Below are positions 16,310 to 24,557 of a stretch of DNA of 64,000 nucleotides, one piece after another; positions within the stretch are counted from its first letter, which is position 1; each line of letters opens with the position of its first letter. The position numbers were made by a program, and so were the translations under genes. Location: NCBI GenBank assembly GCA_963747695.1, contig CAVVFV010000010.1:197618-261617 (forward strand), read 5' to 3'. The notes under the pieces were generated by a model that had not been told where the DNA came from, did not search any database, and saw nothing but the letters and a program-made list of their open reading frames with translations. Source of the DNA: Candidatus Falkowbacteria bacterium. GTDB taxonomy: Bacteria > Patescibacteriota > Patescibacteriia > Patescibacteriales > WJLG01.

Positions 16310-16699
16310 TTAGGCTTTACTCCGGATACCTCTGACAGCGCCGCTTTCGATGAGCGCGTCCACCAAACACAACGGCATTCGGATCTCCTGCATCCCCACA
16401 TCTATTCCGCAGTTGACGGCTTTGACGTAGATTTCTTTTTGAAAATCATAGCCGGCTTTGGATATCGTGGCATGGAGAGCTTCCGAACACACGCGTGAAA
16501 TCCTTTGCGTAAAATAGTCCGAGACATCGTAAGCAAAGGCCAAGGCCAGCTCCCTGGTCAAGGGCGCGGAAAGATCAGTCTCGGCCGTTTCTCCGCCTGA
16601 GAGCGAATCCCATTCGGCAAAAAAGGACTGTGCTTCAGAAACATTTGATTTTCTTACCAGCTCAAGGAAATCACCGTAAGTCTTATTTTCTCTGGACAT
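16310..16699 (-). CDS. hypothetical protein
   Basis: The ATG at 16699 is preceded by AAAGGAGGATAAGA on the minus strand. 129 aa. The longer ORF to 16816 overlaps sod and was rejected. Confidence 0.5.
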   Translation of the reverse strand: MSRENKTYGDFLELVRKSNVSEAQSFFAEWDSLSGGETAETDLSAPLTRELALAFAYDVSDYFTQRISRVCSEALHATISKAGYDFQKEIYVKAVNCGIDVGMQEIRMPLCLVDALIESGAVRGIRSKA

Positions 16700-16812
16700 T
16701 CTTATCCTCCTTTGGGGTTTATTTCTCCCCAGCTTAACAAAATTGGGCATCGATGTCAAAATACAAAAAATCCGACCTGCAGCCGGATTTTTTATTTGAA
16801 TTTTTTGAAAAT

Positions 16813-17421
16813 TCACCCCATCGCTTCTTCGAATTTTTTATTCAAGACATCCCAATTCAGATTCTTGAAGAAGTCATTGATATACGATTTGCGATCCGAG
16901 CCGTAATCGATGAAATAGGCATGCTCATAGCAATCGCAGACCAAGATCGGTTCAGCTCCCCAAACCGCGCCCTGATTGTGCACGTCGCACATATAGATTT
17001 TGATCTTTTCCGCCTGGCAATCATAGGATAAGACGAGCCAGCCGCGGGTGGCCAGGCACGAAGCTTTGAAATAGCGTTCAAAGTTCTCGTAGCTGTCCCA
17101 TTTTTCTTCGATCGCTTTTTTCAACTTTCCGCCCGGAACGCCGTCGCCGCTCAGAGCGTCAAAATAATGCTCATGGAGATAAACCGCATTGACCGCGAAA
17201 GTTTCAGCATCACGCAAAGACCGGAGATCATGGAAAGTCGGATTGACAGTTTCCACGTCGCCGCCGCCTTCGCCGTAAACGTGCAATTTGTCGTGGATCT
17301 CGTTGGCTTTGCTGACATAGCCTTTGTAAAGCTTGTTGTAATGAATGTCTAAGGTTTTTTGGGAAATTCCCGATACCTTGGAAAAATCATAAGTTTTGGC
17401 TTCTAATTTTGTCCCTTGCAT
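16813..17421 (-). CDS. sod: Fe/Mn superoxide dismutase
   Basis: LDIHYNKLYKGYV (ligand His retained), HEHYF, and C-terminal DCYEHAYFIDYGSDRKSYINDFFKNLNW with the D..H ligand pair. Confidence 0.85.
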   Translation of the reverse strand: MQGTKLEAKTYDFSKVSGISQKTLDIHYNKLYKGYVSKANEIHDKLHVYGEGGGDVETVNPTFHDLRSLRDAETFAVNAVYLHEHYFDALSGDGVPGGKLKKAIEEKWDSYENFERYFKASCLATRGWLVLSYDCQAEKIKIYMCDVHNQGAVWGAEPILVCDCYEHAYFIDYGSDRKSYINDFFKNLNWDVLNKKFEEAMG

Positions 17422-17565
17422 AAATTTTTCAACGCCGATTAATTTTAAAAAACCGTCGGCGCCCCCTGCTTAAAAATTATATTTAAATACTTTGTTTATG
17501 ATAATTTAATCGAGGGATCCCTCGACAGGGCTCGGGATGACAATGTTTCTAAAATCGAAACATTG

Positions 17566-18096
17566 TCATTTTTCAAATTTTTTCTTCATCTCCTCGTCCA
17601 AAGCGATATGGTCTTTTTCCACATTCATGATCGCTTCAAAAACTTCGCGGACTCTAGCTTCGGTCGCTTCGGCCAATGCCCGGGAATAAAATTCTACTGC
17701 GTGATTTTCCCGGCGATAGGAATCTTCGATGCAATCGGCCGGATCGGCCGGACAGTCTTCTTTGACTTCCGGAGTCGTTGCCAATTTTAATAATTTCCGG
17801 AAAACCGAGGCATGTTCCCGCTCCACCTTGGCCAGGCCTTTGAACATCTTGGCCGCTTCCTTATTAGTCAGCTTGTCAGCCGCGCAGAAATAAAAAGCGG
17901 TGTTGGATAATTCCAGCTGCAAAGCATCTTCCAGATTCTTCCGGCTTTTCTCGCTTACCGCCACGCCGATATTCTCATCTTCCCAATCGTGGGCGAATTT
18001 CAATTGCTCGGCCGCCACGCCGCAGAACGGACAAGAAGCCGGTTTCTCTTTTCCCAGATAAACTTCCCCGCAAATGTTACAGACAAAAATTTTCAT
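17566..18096 (-). CDS. reverse rubrerythrin (N-terminal rubredoxin-like Cys4 plus ferritin-like diiron domain)
   Basis: CNICG..CPFCG at the N-terminus. ExxH diiron motifs at EREHASV, ENHAVEF and EKDHIAL. Confidence 0.85.
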   Translation of the reverse strand: MKIFVCNICGEVYLGKEKPASCPFCGVAAEQLKFAHDWEDENIGVAVSEKSRKNLEDALQLELSNTAFYFCAADKLTNKEAAKMFKGLAKVEREHASVFRKLLKLATTPEVKEDCPADPADCIEDSYRRENHAVEFYSRALAEATEARVREVFEAIMNVEKDHIALDEEMKKKFEK

Positions 18097-18211
18097 AAAA
18101 ATCGGCTTAATTATTGCTAATGATATTTTAGCACAAAATCAAAAGCTATCAAATCCAATTTATACTAACTAACAAGCTGACGCGGAATTAATGGATAAAA
18201 AATCGCCTACC

Positions 18212-18829
18212 CTAAGGTAAGCGATCAAACTTGGCTTTCATTTTGTCAAGAAAGAACGGATAGAGATAGGCGTCATACATCGCCCGGCAGGAAGCGATCA
18301 GAATATTGCTATGGGCGCCCAGCGTTTTCCACTCGATCTCGCCGTTGGAAAAGTATACCGAAACCTGCATTCGCGCTCCCGACCCATTTTTTTTGTCCAG
18401 ATCGACTGTTTCGTAATCGACTAGCTTAATCGGTTCGACGATGTGACCGAGGTCAGGAAACAAATCTTCCAGCCCTTTCGCAAAGCACCTGTCCAGGGCA
18501 TTGACCGGACCATTGCCTTCGGAAACATAGAGCTCGGTTTTTCCCGCGACGGAAAGCTTAATGTTCACTTCGCACGATTCCCGGTTCCGATCGTCAACGC
18601 CGGCCAAAGAATGCCACGAAACGACCCTGAAGGTGGGATTGAACAGTCCCAGTCGGAACGACAGCCAAAGCTGCAAGGAAGCCTGCGCGTTCGCCGCCAT
18701 AAAATCCATTCCTTGTTTTTCATTGGCCCGGAACGCCGCGGCAAATTCGCCGTTGCGGGATTCAGGAATCATCGCGATCAGCTCGTGCGTCAGATAATTG
18801 AGCCGGCTGGCATTTCTAAGTTTTTTCAT
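18212..18829 (-). CDS. standalone LeuA-allosteric-domain-like protein
   Basis: VSEGNGPVNALDRCFAKGL resembles the GNGPVDAL block of the isopropylmalate/citramalate synthase regulatory domain. No catalytic barrel. Confidence 0.35.
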   Translation of the reverse strand: MKKLRNASRLNYLTHELIAMIPESRNGEFAAAFRANEKQGMDFMAANAQASLQLWLSFRLGLFNPTFRVVSWHSLAGVDDRNRESCEVNIKLSVAGKTELYVSEGNGPVNALDRCFAKGLEDLFPDLGHIVEPIKLVDYETVDLDKKNGSGARMQVSVYFSNGEIEWKTLGAHSNILIASCRAMYDAYLYPFFLDKMKAKFDRLP

Positions 18830-18955
18830 CCTTAATCCTTTCGTTGCTAAAGTGCGAAAGATCGTCCCGCAGCGAGACGATCTTTTTTATGTCATTGCTT
18901 GGCAATTTGCCTCTGTCAGCATTTTAACCAAAAAAAATTATTCCTGTCAAGCCGG

Positions 18956-20029
18956 CTAACCTAATTTTTTCTTAAACCAATTTACCGACTGGATCGAGAT
19001 GGGATCGACTTTGTTCAGCCCGGCCAAATAAAAGGTTATCCAGGAACCGAGCTGTAAAAGTTCGGCCGCCGCTCCCAGCTTGGTTTTACTCTGCAATCTA
19101 AGTTCGATGCTATCGATCCGGTTTTTTTGGATGATCTCCCGCGTCAGGCGGCTGCGTTTCTTTATTCGCGGATGATCGAGATCGCTTTTCACAAAAATAA
19201 AAATCAAATTTTTCTTATTGGTCGGCGGATTGGTTAATCCTTCCAGGGCATAATGATTCAGATCGGGCAGCACCAGATAATCGGCGAAATTCTTGCTCGT
19301 TTCGCAAAACATATTGCGCCAGGCGTGCAAATTCCCCTCGATAAATTCCGCGCCGACCAGGATAATTTCCCGGCCGTAAATCTTTTGCGCCGCCAAGCGG
19401 GCCGGATTACGGCGCGGGTCAGCCGATAAAATCAACTGGGAATTATTTTTTTCCAAAGCCGAAACGATCCGCGCAATTTCTTTTTGGTCGATCTTGATTA
19501 CTCCGGCTCGGCCAAGCAACGCCAATAAAGCGAAGACGGCATAGCCCAAACCCAGCCGCGGTTGGCGGGAAGGATTTTTTGTCGTACTAAAGATAAATCC
19601 TGGCAAATTTTCTTTCTTAAGCAAAGCCGCCAATTTATTATCAGTTCCTTGCTCAGTCAAACCAGCGATCTTAGCTCCGCTTTTTTTGGCAGCCGCAAAA
19701 GCGCTCAAGGGCTCCTCGGTATTGCCGGAATAGGAAGAAATCAGATAAAGAGTCTCTCGATCGACATACCCGGGCACTTGATAGCCGGGTTCAATCAAGA
19801 TCGGAACTTTGAGTTTATCCTTGAAAACCGCGGCGACGATGCGCGCGCCCAGATTCGAACCGCCCATCCCGTTCACTACCACGCGATTTATTTTTTTATA
19901 GGCCGGGGGCAATTTTAATTCCGCCGCCTGCTTCATTATATCGGCAATCTGCGCCGGCAAGGAAGCAATCGAATCAGCGACTTTTTCTTCATTTATTTTT
20001 TTAGTATTCTTGAGATTCATATATTTCAT
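18956..20029 (-). CDS. pgi: bifunctional phosphoglucose/phosphomannose isomerase (SIS domain)
   Basis: VVNGMGGSNLGARIV, SYSGNTEE and overall two-SIS layout. 357 aa. Confidence 0.75.
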   Translation of the reverse strand: MKYMNLKNTKKINEEKVADSIASLPAQIADIMKQAAELKLPPAYKKINRVVVNGMGGSNLGARIVAAVFKDKLKVPILIEPGYQVPGYVDRETLYLISSYSGNTEEPLSAFAAAKKSGAKIAGLTEQGTDNKLAALLKKENLPGFIFSTTKNPSRQPRLGLGYAVFALLALLGRAGVIKIDQKEIARIVSALEKNNSQLILSADPRRNPARLAAQKIYGREIILVGAEFIEGNLHAWRNMFCETSKNFADYLVLPDLNHYALEGLTNPPTNKKNLIFIFVKSDLDHPRIKKRSRLTREIIQKNRIDSIELRLQSKTKLGAAAELLQLGSWITFYLAGLNKVDPISIQSVNWFKKKLG

Positions 20030-20188
20030 TATATCATAATTAGTTAATTAGTTAATTAGCCGATCAGTTGATTGAAAAATAAGTCCGAAAACTAATTAGC
20101 CAATCGACCAATCGGCTAATTTCCAATATTGACTTCCCACTGATAAAAGGCCAATATATAAGTAGTAAATAACTAATTATAAAAAAAT

Positions 20189-21010
20189 ATGTTCAACTTC
20201 CTCCACACCTTCTCGCCCACGCCGATTCTCGTTTCATTCGGCCCGCTGCGGGTTTACTGGTACGGTTTATTCGTGGTTTTAGGCATCCTGACCGCGCTGA
20301 CCGTCTCTTTGAAACTGGCCAAGAAATTCGGACTTTCGCCGAACAAAATCTTTGATCTGTCTTTCTGGATGATCGTGGCCGGCATCATCGGCGCCCGGAT
20401 TTATCATGTCCTTTTGGAATGGAACTATTACAGCCAGGATTATTGGAGCATCTTGAAAGTCTGGCAGGGAGGAATGGCGATCCACGGCGGCTTGATCGCC
20501 GGCGCGCTGGTCTTGATCTATTTTTGTTGGAAAGAAAAAGTTAATTTCTGGCTGCTGGCGGCGGTCTTCGCGCCCGGCGTCGCTTTGGGACAAGCAATCG
20601 GCCGCTGGGGAAATTATTTCAACCAGGAACTTTTCGGCACGCCGACCAATCTGCCCTGGGGAATTCCGATCGACTTTATGAACCGCCCCGACCGCTATCT
20701 GTCGGCCGATTATTTTCATCCCACTTTCCTTTACGAATCGCTCGGCGATCTGCTGATCTTCGCCGTCCTGATGCTGATCGTCGTCCAATTCCTCAAGAAA
20801 AAATGGACGAACTACAAAATTATTTTCCTCACCTATCTTATTTTATATTCGGCTTTAAGATTCAGTACGGAATTTTTGCGCACCGATACGACCGCCTATT
20901 TTTTCGGTTACCGCTGGCCGCAGGTAATCAGCCTGCTGATCATTGCCGTATCGCTGATCCTCTTATTCTTTCCCCGAAAGAAAAGGGTCGAGTTGGATAT
21001 ATCAAAATAA
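20189..21010 (+). CDS. lgt: prolipoprotein diacylglyceryl transferase
   Basis: FGPLRVYWYGLF, HGGLIG and GRWGNYFNQELFGTPTNLPWGI motifs; polytopic membrane protein. Confidence 0.9.
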   Translation: MFNFLHTFSPTPILVSFGPLRVYWYGLFVVLGILTALTVSLKLAKKFGLSPNKIFDLSFWMIVAGIIGARIYHVLLEWNYYSQDYWSILKVWQGGMAIHGGLIAGALVLIYFCWKEKVNFWLLAAVFAPGVALGQAIGRWGNYFNQELFGTPTNLPWGIPIDFMNRPDRYLSADYFHPTFLYESLGDLLIFAVLMLIVVQFLKKKWTNYKIIFLTYLILYSALRFSTEFLRTDTTAYFFGYRWPQVISLLIIAVSLILLFFPRKKRVELDISK

Positions 21011-21200
21011 TTTGAGGCTGGCTTTTCATCCCGCCCCAGTTTTTATATAAAATAATTTCACTATCCGCTATAATTATTTTTTGATAATTTATCGTCTACC
21101 CCGTTTACCAACAAAACTGGCGGCGGGATTATACGATCCCTTTCTCGCCTTCCCTCGCCCCTAGCGAGGGGCGAGGTCGGCTCAAAGGGCTTGCGTATAA

Positions 21201-21375
21201 AAAAGGGGAGAAGCCGATCATCGATCAGCCCTCCCCTGCTCAAAATGCGAAATCCTGAAAAGGAGTTGCGGAGCTCCCCGCGGAAATAAACCACCGTAAA
21301 AAGAGGTCTCGAACCTCATCAAGAGTCCGTTACCAGACTCAGGGATTCCATGGTGATCCTTCGCATTTTGAAAAA
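21201..21375 (-). ncRNA. candidate structured small RNA with its own intrinsic terminator (family unknown)
   Basis: On the minus strand, a 10-bp closing stem AAAATGCGAA/TTCGCATTTT encloses three hairpins, including a T-loop-like GAGGTTCGAGACCTC. It is followed by GGGGAG..CTCCCC plus TTTTTTA. No convincing ORF. Confidence 0.35.
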
Positions 21376-21645
21376 AATATTTTTTCCTCTTTAATATAGA
21401 GAGGGAAGTTGTTGTCCTTCCCTCCCTCGCCCTTTACTGGCAGGAAGCCTGAAACGTACTGAGGAAAAAAATCGTCCCAGGCACTTTTACCCTATCGCAG
21501 GAAAAACAAACAGTCAATCCTCTTGTCTTAAAGATAAATTATTGATAGATTATATTTTAGGAATTGAATGAAAAAGAGAATATAAAATCTTAGATCGCCT
21601 TTGGCGGGCTTTGCCTCGCCGAAGTCCCGCCTTGGCAGGACGAAG

Positions 21646-21680
21646 GCGGGTATCGTATATCGGTATTACCCCAGCTTTCT
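21646..21680 (+). pseudogene. degenerate copy of the 5' third of tRNA-Gly
   Basis: GCGGGTATCGTATATCGGTATTACCCCAGCTTT versus GCGGGTATCGTATAGCGGTTATTATGCCAGTTTT in the intact gene 96 nt downstream. Confidence 0.5.
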
Positions 21681-21741
21681 CCCCGCTACGCCGCGCGGCG
21701 CGGCTTCGGGGGACAAGCAAGCTTACAAAAACAAATAAACC

Positions 21742-21816
21742 GCGGGTATCGTATAGCGGTTATTATGCCAGTTTTCCAAACTGGTCATAGGGGTTCGACT
21801 CCCCTTACCCGCTCCA
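21742..21816 (+). tRNA. tRNA-Gly (anticodon TCC), CCA encoded
   Basis: GCGGGTA..CCAGT TTTCCAA ACTGG..AGGGG TTCGACT CCCCT TACCCGC TCCA. Confidence 0.9.
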
Positions 21817-23302
21817 AAGAGAAACAAGACCTATTTTCCAGAAATTTTTCACGCGCTTCGCGAAGCGAAGCGTAAGGTTTAATGGGCACAAATTGAATTT
21901 TTTTATCTTTCAAAAACAGGTTCGAGCCGGAAATTTTTACGGCTGAAGATTTTTTATCCAAAAGTGATGATGAAATGGCGTTTTCGCCTATATTTACTGC
22001 GTCTTTTATCCATTCCCGCATCGGTTCGAGCCAAACTATAGACCCTCTCTTAAAATCGACGATTTTCTCCTCCAGCGACTTCTTGCGAGAGAGAAGACTC
22101 GCCTTCTCCGTGAGGTATGCCTCGCGCTCTATGTCTTGGTCTAAATATGCGGTAAGAAGGCGCTGGAGCTTCGCCTCGATAGCTATAACTTCTTCTCTCA
22201 TCTCATGACTTACAGTTGCTGATAATTGGGCGGCCTCTTTTGCATCTTTGTCGGTCATTTTCAAGAGTTCTGCCGCCCAATCGGAAGGCATAGCATATTC
22301 TTTTAGGACATCAGTCAATTGCGCGATCAATTCCTTGTCTTTCATGTACGGTTGTGAGCAAGCCCCTTTCTTTTTGGTGCAGTGATAGTAAGTATATTCA
22401 TGGGTCTTGCCGGATACCTGCCTTTTTATCTTATGCTCAGCCGTAATGGAACAGCCGCACTCGCCGCACCTAAATAGCCCGCATAGCGGCTGAGGTTCGT
22501 TTTTAATCTTGTCGTGCGGTTTGCCGCGATCGGCAATCACAGCCTGCACGCGGTCAAATAATTTTTTGGAAATGATTGACTCGTGTGTGCCTTCGTAGAC
22601 TTCGCCGGCATATTGGAACAGGCCGCAATAAAAAATGTCGGATAATATGCGCGATATTCTGTCCCGCTTGAATATGCTTCCGGTGTCGGCGCGCACGCCT
22701 TTCTCCGCGAAGAACGCGGAGATATCTTCAAGCCGCGAGTTGCCCTTGGCGTAAAGTTCAAAGGCGGCAATCACCACCTTCGCCGTTTTTCTCTCCACGA
22801 TAATGCGTTTCGTCCGAACGTCGTTCAAGTATCCGAGCGGGGCGCGCGAAGGATATTCGCCTCTCTTAACTTTTTCGTGTAGTCCGCGTTTAGTGTTAGT
22901 GCTCAAGTCGATGATGAACTGGTTAGCCATGCCAAACTCCATGCTCATAACCAGCGTGTTGTCGGTCGAGCGATAGCTCCGGTCATGGGTTTGGATATGT
23001 TGGATAGTTCCCCGCTGTAAAAACCAGCTGATTTGTCCGCCGTCGATCGGATTGCGGGCGAGACGATCAAGTTTCCAGCAAACAATGCCTTGCGCCTCGC
23101 CTTTTTCAAGGCGCGAAAGCATCTCGCCAAATACAGGGCGTCCAGGTCTCTTGGCTGATTGTTTTTCGATAAACTCCTCAACGATATTCAACCCTTCGGT
23201 CTTGGCCAGCGCCCGCAAGACGGCCAGCTGATCGTCAATAGAACGGACTTGCTTGTCTTCAACGTCAGTCGATTTGCGGGCGTAGAGGAAATAATTTGGC
23301 AT
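21785..23302 (-). CDS. large serine recombinase (resolvase/invertase N-domain, recombinase domain, zinc ribbon and coiled coil)
   Basis: YARKSTDVEDKQVRSIDDQ carries the catalytic Ser motif; also WKLDRLARN and CGECGCSITAE..YYHCTKKK. The stop codon lies inside tRNA-Gly. Confidence 0.9.
   Translation of the reverse strand: MPNYFLYARKSTDVEDKQVRSIDDQLAVLRALAKTEGLNIVEEFIEKQSAKRPGRPVFGEMLSRLEKGEAQGIVCWKLDRLARNPIDGGQISWFLQRGTIQHIQTHDRSYRSTDNTLVMSMEFGMANQFIIDLSTNTKRGLHEKVKRGEYPSRAPLGYLNDVRTKRIIVERKTAKVVIAAFELYAKGNSRLEDISAFFAEKGVRADTGSIFKRDRISRILSDIFYCGLFQYAGEVYEGTHESIISKKLFDRVQAVIADRGKPHDKIKNEPQPLCGLFRCGECGCSITAEHKIKRQVSGKTHEYTYYHCTKKKGACSQPYMKDKELIAQLTDVLKEYAMPSDWAAELLKMTDKDAKEAAQLSATVSHEMREEVIAIEAKLQRLLTAYLDQDIEREAYLTEKASLLSRKKSLEEKIVDFKRGSIVWLEPMREWIKDAVNIGENAISSSLLDKKSSAVKISGSNLFLKDKKIQFVPIKPYASLREAREKFLENRSCFSLERVRGVEPL
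21812..21985. repeat. IR-A, left arm of a perfect 174-bp inverted repeat
   Basis: Exact reverse complement of 23754-23927 by manual alignment. Covers the last 5 nt of tRNA-Gly and 58 recombinase codons. Confidence 0.9.
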
Positions 23303-23404
23303 AAATTTTATATTTCAATATTTTTTAGAAGTGTTATAATATCTACACAACGATGACACATTTCCATTATAACGCTATTATGAAAAATAGTAAATAACTA
23401 CTAT

Positions 23405-23611
23405 ATGCCAAAGGGGTCAATTATTTCCGGGAATATAAAAAAATACCGAGCCAAACTCGGTATTTCTCAAGACAAGCTGTCGAAAATGTCCGGTGTCGAT
23501 TACAACACGATCATTAAAATTGAATCGGGCGTGACTTACAACCCGCGGGTTGAAACATTGAAGAATATTGCCGATGTTTTTAAAGTCGGCATTGATGATT
23601 TGATGAGATAA
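23405..23611 (+). CDS. XRE-family helix-turn-helix transcriptional regulator
   Basis: IKKYRAKLGISQDKLSKMSGVDYNTIIKIESG is a typical HTH_3. The gene is divergent from the recombinase. Confidence 0.8.
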   Translation: MPKGSIISGNIKKYRAKLGISQDKLSKMSGVDYNTIIKIESGVTYNPRVETLKNIADVFKVGIDDLMR

Positions 23612-23753
23612 AAATATGCAGACGGATAAAGAAACAAATAAAATTTATAAAGTCTTTGAAATAATTTTGGCGGTTGGGAGTTCGCCGTTTTCTCAACTCG
23701 GCGAAGATGCATAATGCGCGCACGGGATGGGCGGGGCAAGCATTATACAATTT

Positions 23754-23927
23754 GAAAACGCCATTTCATCATCACTTTTGGATAAAAAATCTTCAGCCGT
23801 AAAAATTTCCGGCTCGAACCTGTTTTTGAAAGATAAAAAAATTCAATTTGTGCCCATTAAACCTTACGCTTCGCTTCGCGAAGCGCGTGAAAAATTTCTG
23901 GAAAATAGGTCTTGTTTCTCTTTGGAG
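23754..23927. repeat. IR-B, right arm of the 174-bp inverted repeat
   Basis: Encodes the same 58 codons (ENAISSS..CFSLE) on the plus strand within ORF 23727-23972. Confidence 0.9.
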
Positions 23928-24557
23928 ACGCTAAGAAACGAAATCCGAACAATTTATACCCAAATTTCTTGACGCTTTCGCCACCTGTTCAACCCCTTAT
24001 CTACCCCGTTTGTTAGAACTCATCTTGGCCAAAACGGCGGCGATTTACCGTTTCCTCTGGCAACTATTGAAGCTAACCAATAATAAAGAAAAAAACAGGC
24101 TCCTACCTGTTTTTTCTTTTATTGATTGGGGTTGGGAAAAGTTTAAATCAAATTATCGAAAAAAGTGGGCGTTATGCTTTTTTTTGTTTTCCCAAAAACA
24201 AAAGCCTCATCGATGGTGGAAACAAGAATTGACAAATACCAATAGGTCTTCTTTCAAGAAACTGCGGACGAACTTTGTTCGCCGGCAATTTCTTGAAAGA
24301 AAGTTGCCGCCTGGCGATAGAAAAGAAATTCCTCGCTACTGTCGGGCGGACAAATTTGCCCTTAAGACTCCTCACCGGGAAACCGCGGCTCCCCGAAATA
24401 TCGGAATCAATAGAAAAATAATAGTCAAAATCTTGTTAGTTATCAATGAAGCTTTCTGATTATATTGTAGCAAAAAATTGCCGGTTAATAAATACCAAAC
24501 CTGACACTAACTTAAGCCAAAATATCCGGCTTGCCAAAATAAAATTTTGCCCCTATA

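Larger units (their letters stand above)
21812..23927. mobile_element. candidate invertible or mobile cassette (serine recombinase plus XRE regulator) bounded by 174-bp inverted repeats
   Basis: The IR arms delimit 2116 bp abutting a tRNA 3' end. The recombinase ORF would be completed by either arm. Confidence 0.5.

Noticed and set aside
16310-18096. sod, reverse rubrerythrin and a hypothetical gene as a novel oxidative-stress system
   Set aside because: Co-localised oxygen-detoxification genes are common in anaerobes, and nothing unusual is visible in the sequences.
21061-21294. 77-aa minus-strand ORF
   Set aside because: It overlaps the predicted hairpins and terminator of the candidate RNA, has no SD, and has an implausible composition.
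21290-21365. Possible tRNA or tmRNA tRNA-like domain because of GAGGTTCGAGACCTC
   Set aside because: No acceptor stem, D-arm or 7-nt anticodon loop could be built, and no CCA or tag-peptide context is present.
23727-23972. 81-aa ORF as an independent gene
   Set aside because: 58 of its codons are simply IR-B, the inverted copy of the recombinase 3' end. It is treated as part of the repeat architecture and not as a separate gene.
24010-24459. 149-aa ORF upstream of the LCP gene
   Set aside because: It has no SD and a low-complexity basic translation, and it spans a terminator-like hairpin and a 13-bp stem (24248-24303). The region may be regulatory or RNA, but I could not support any specific call.
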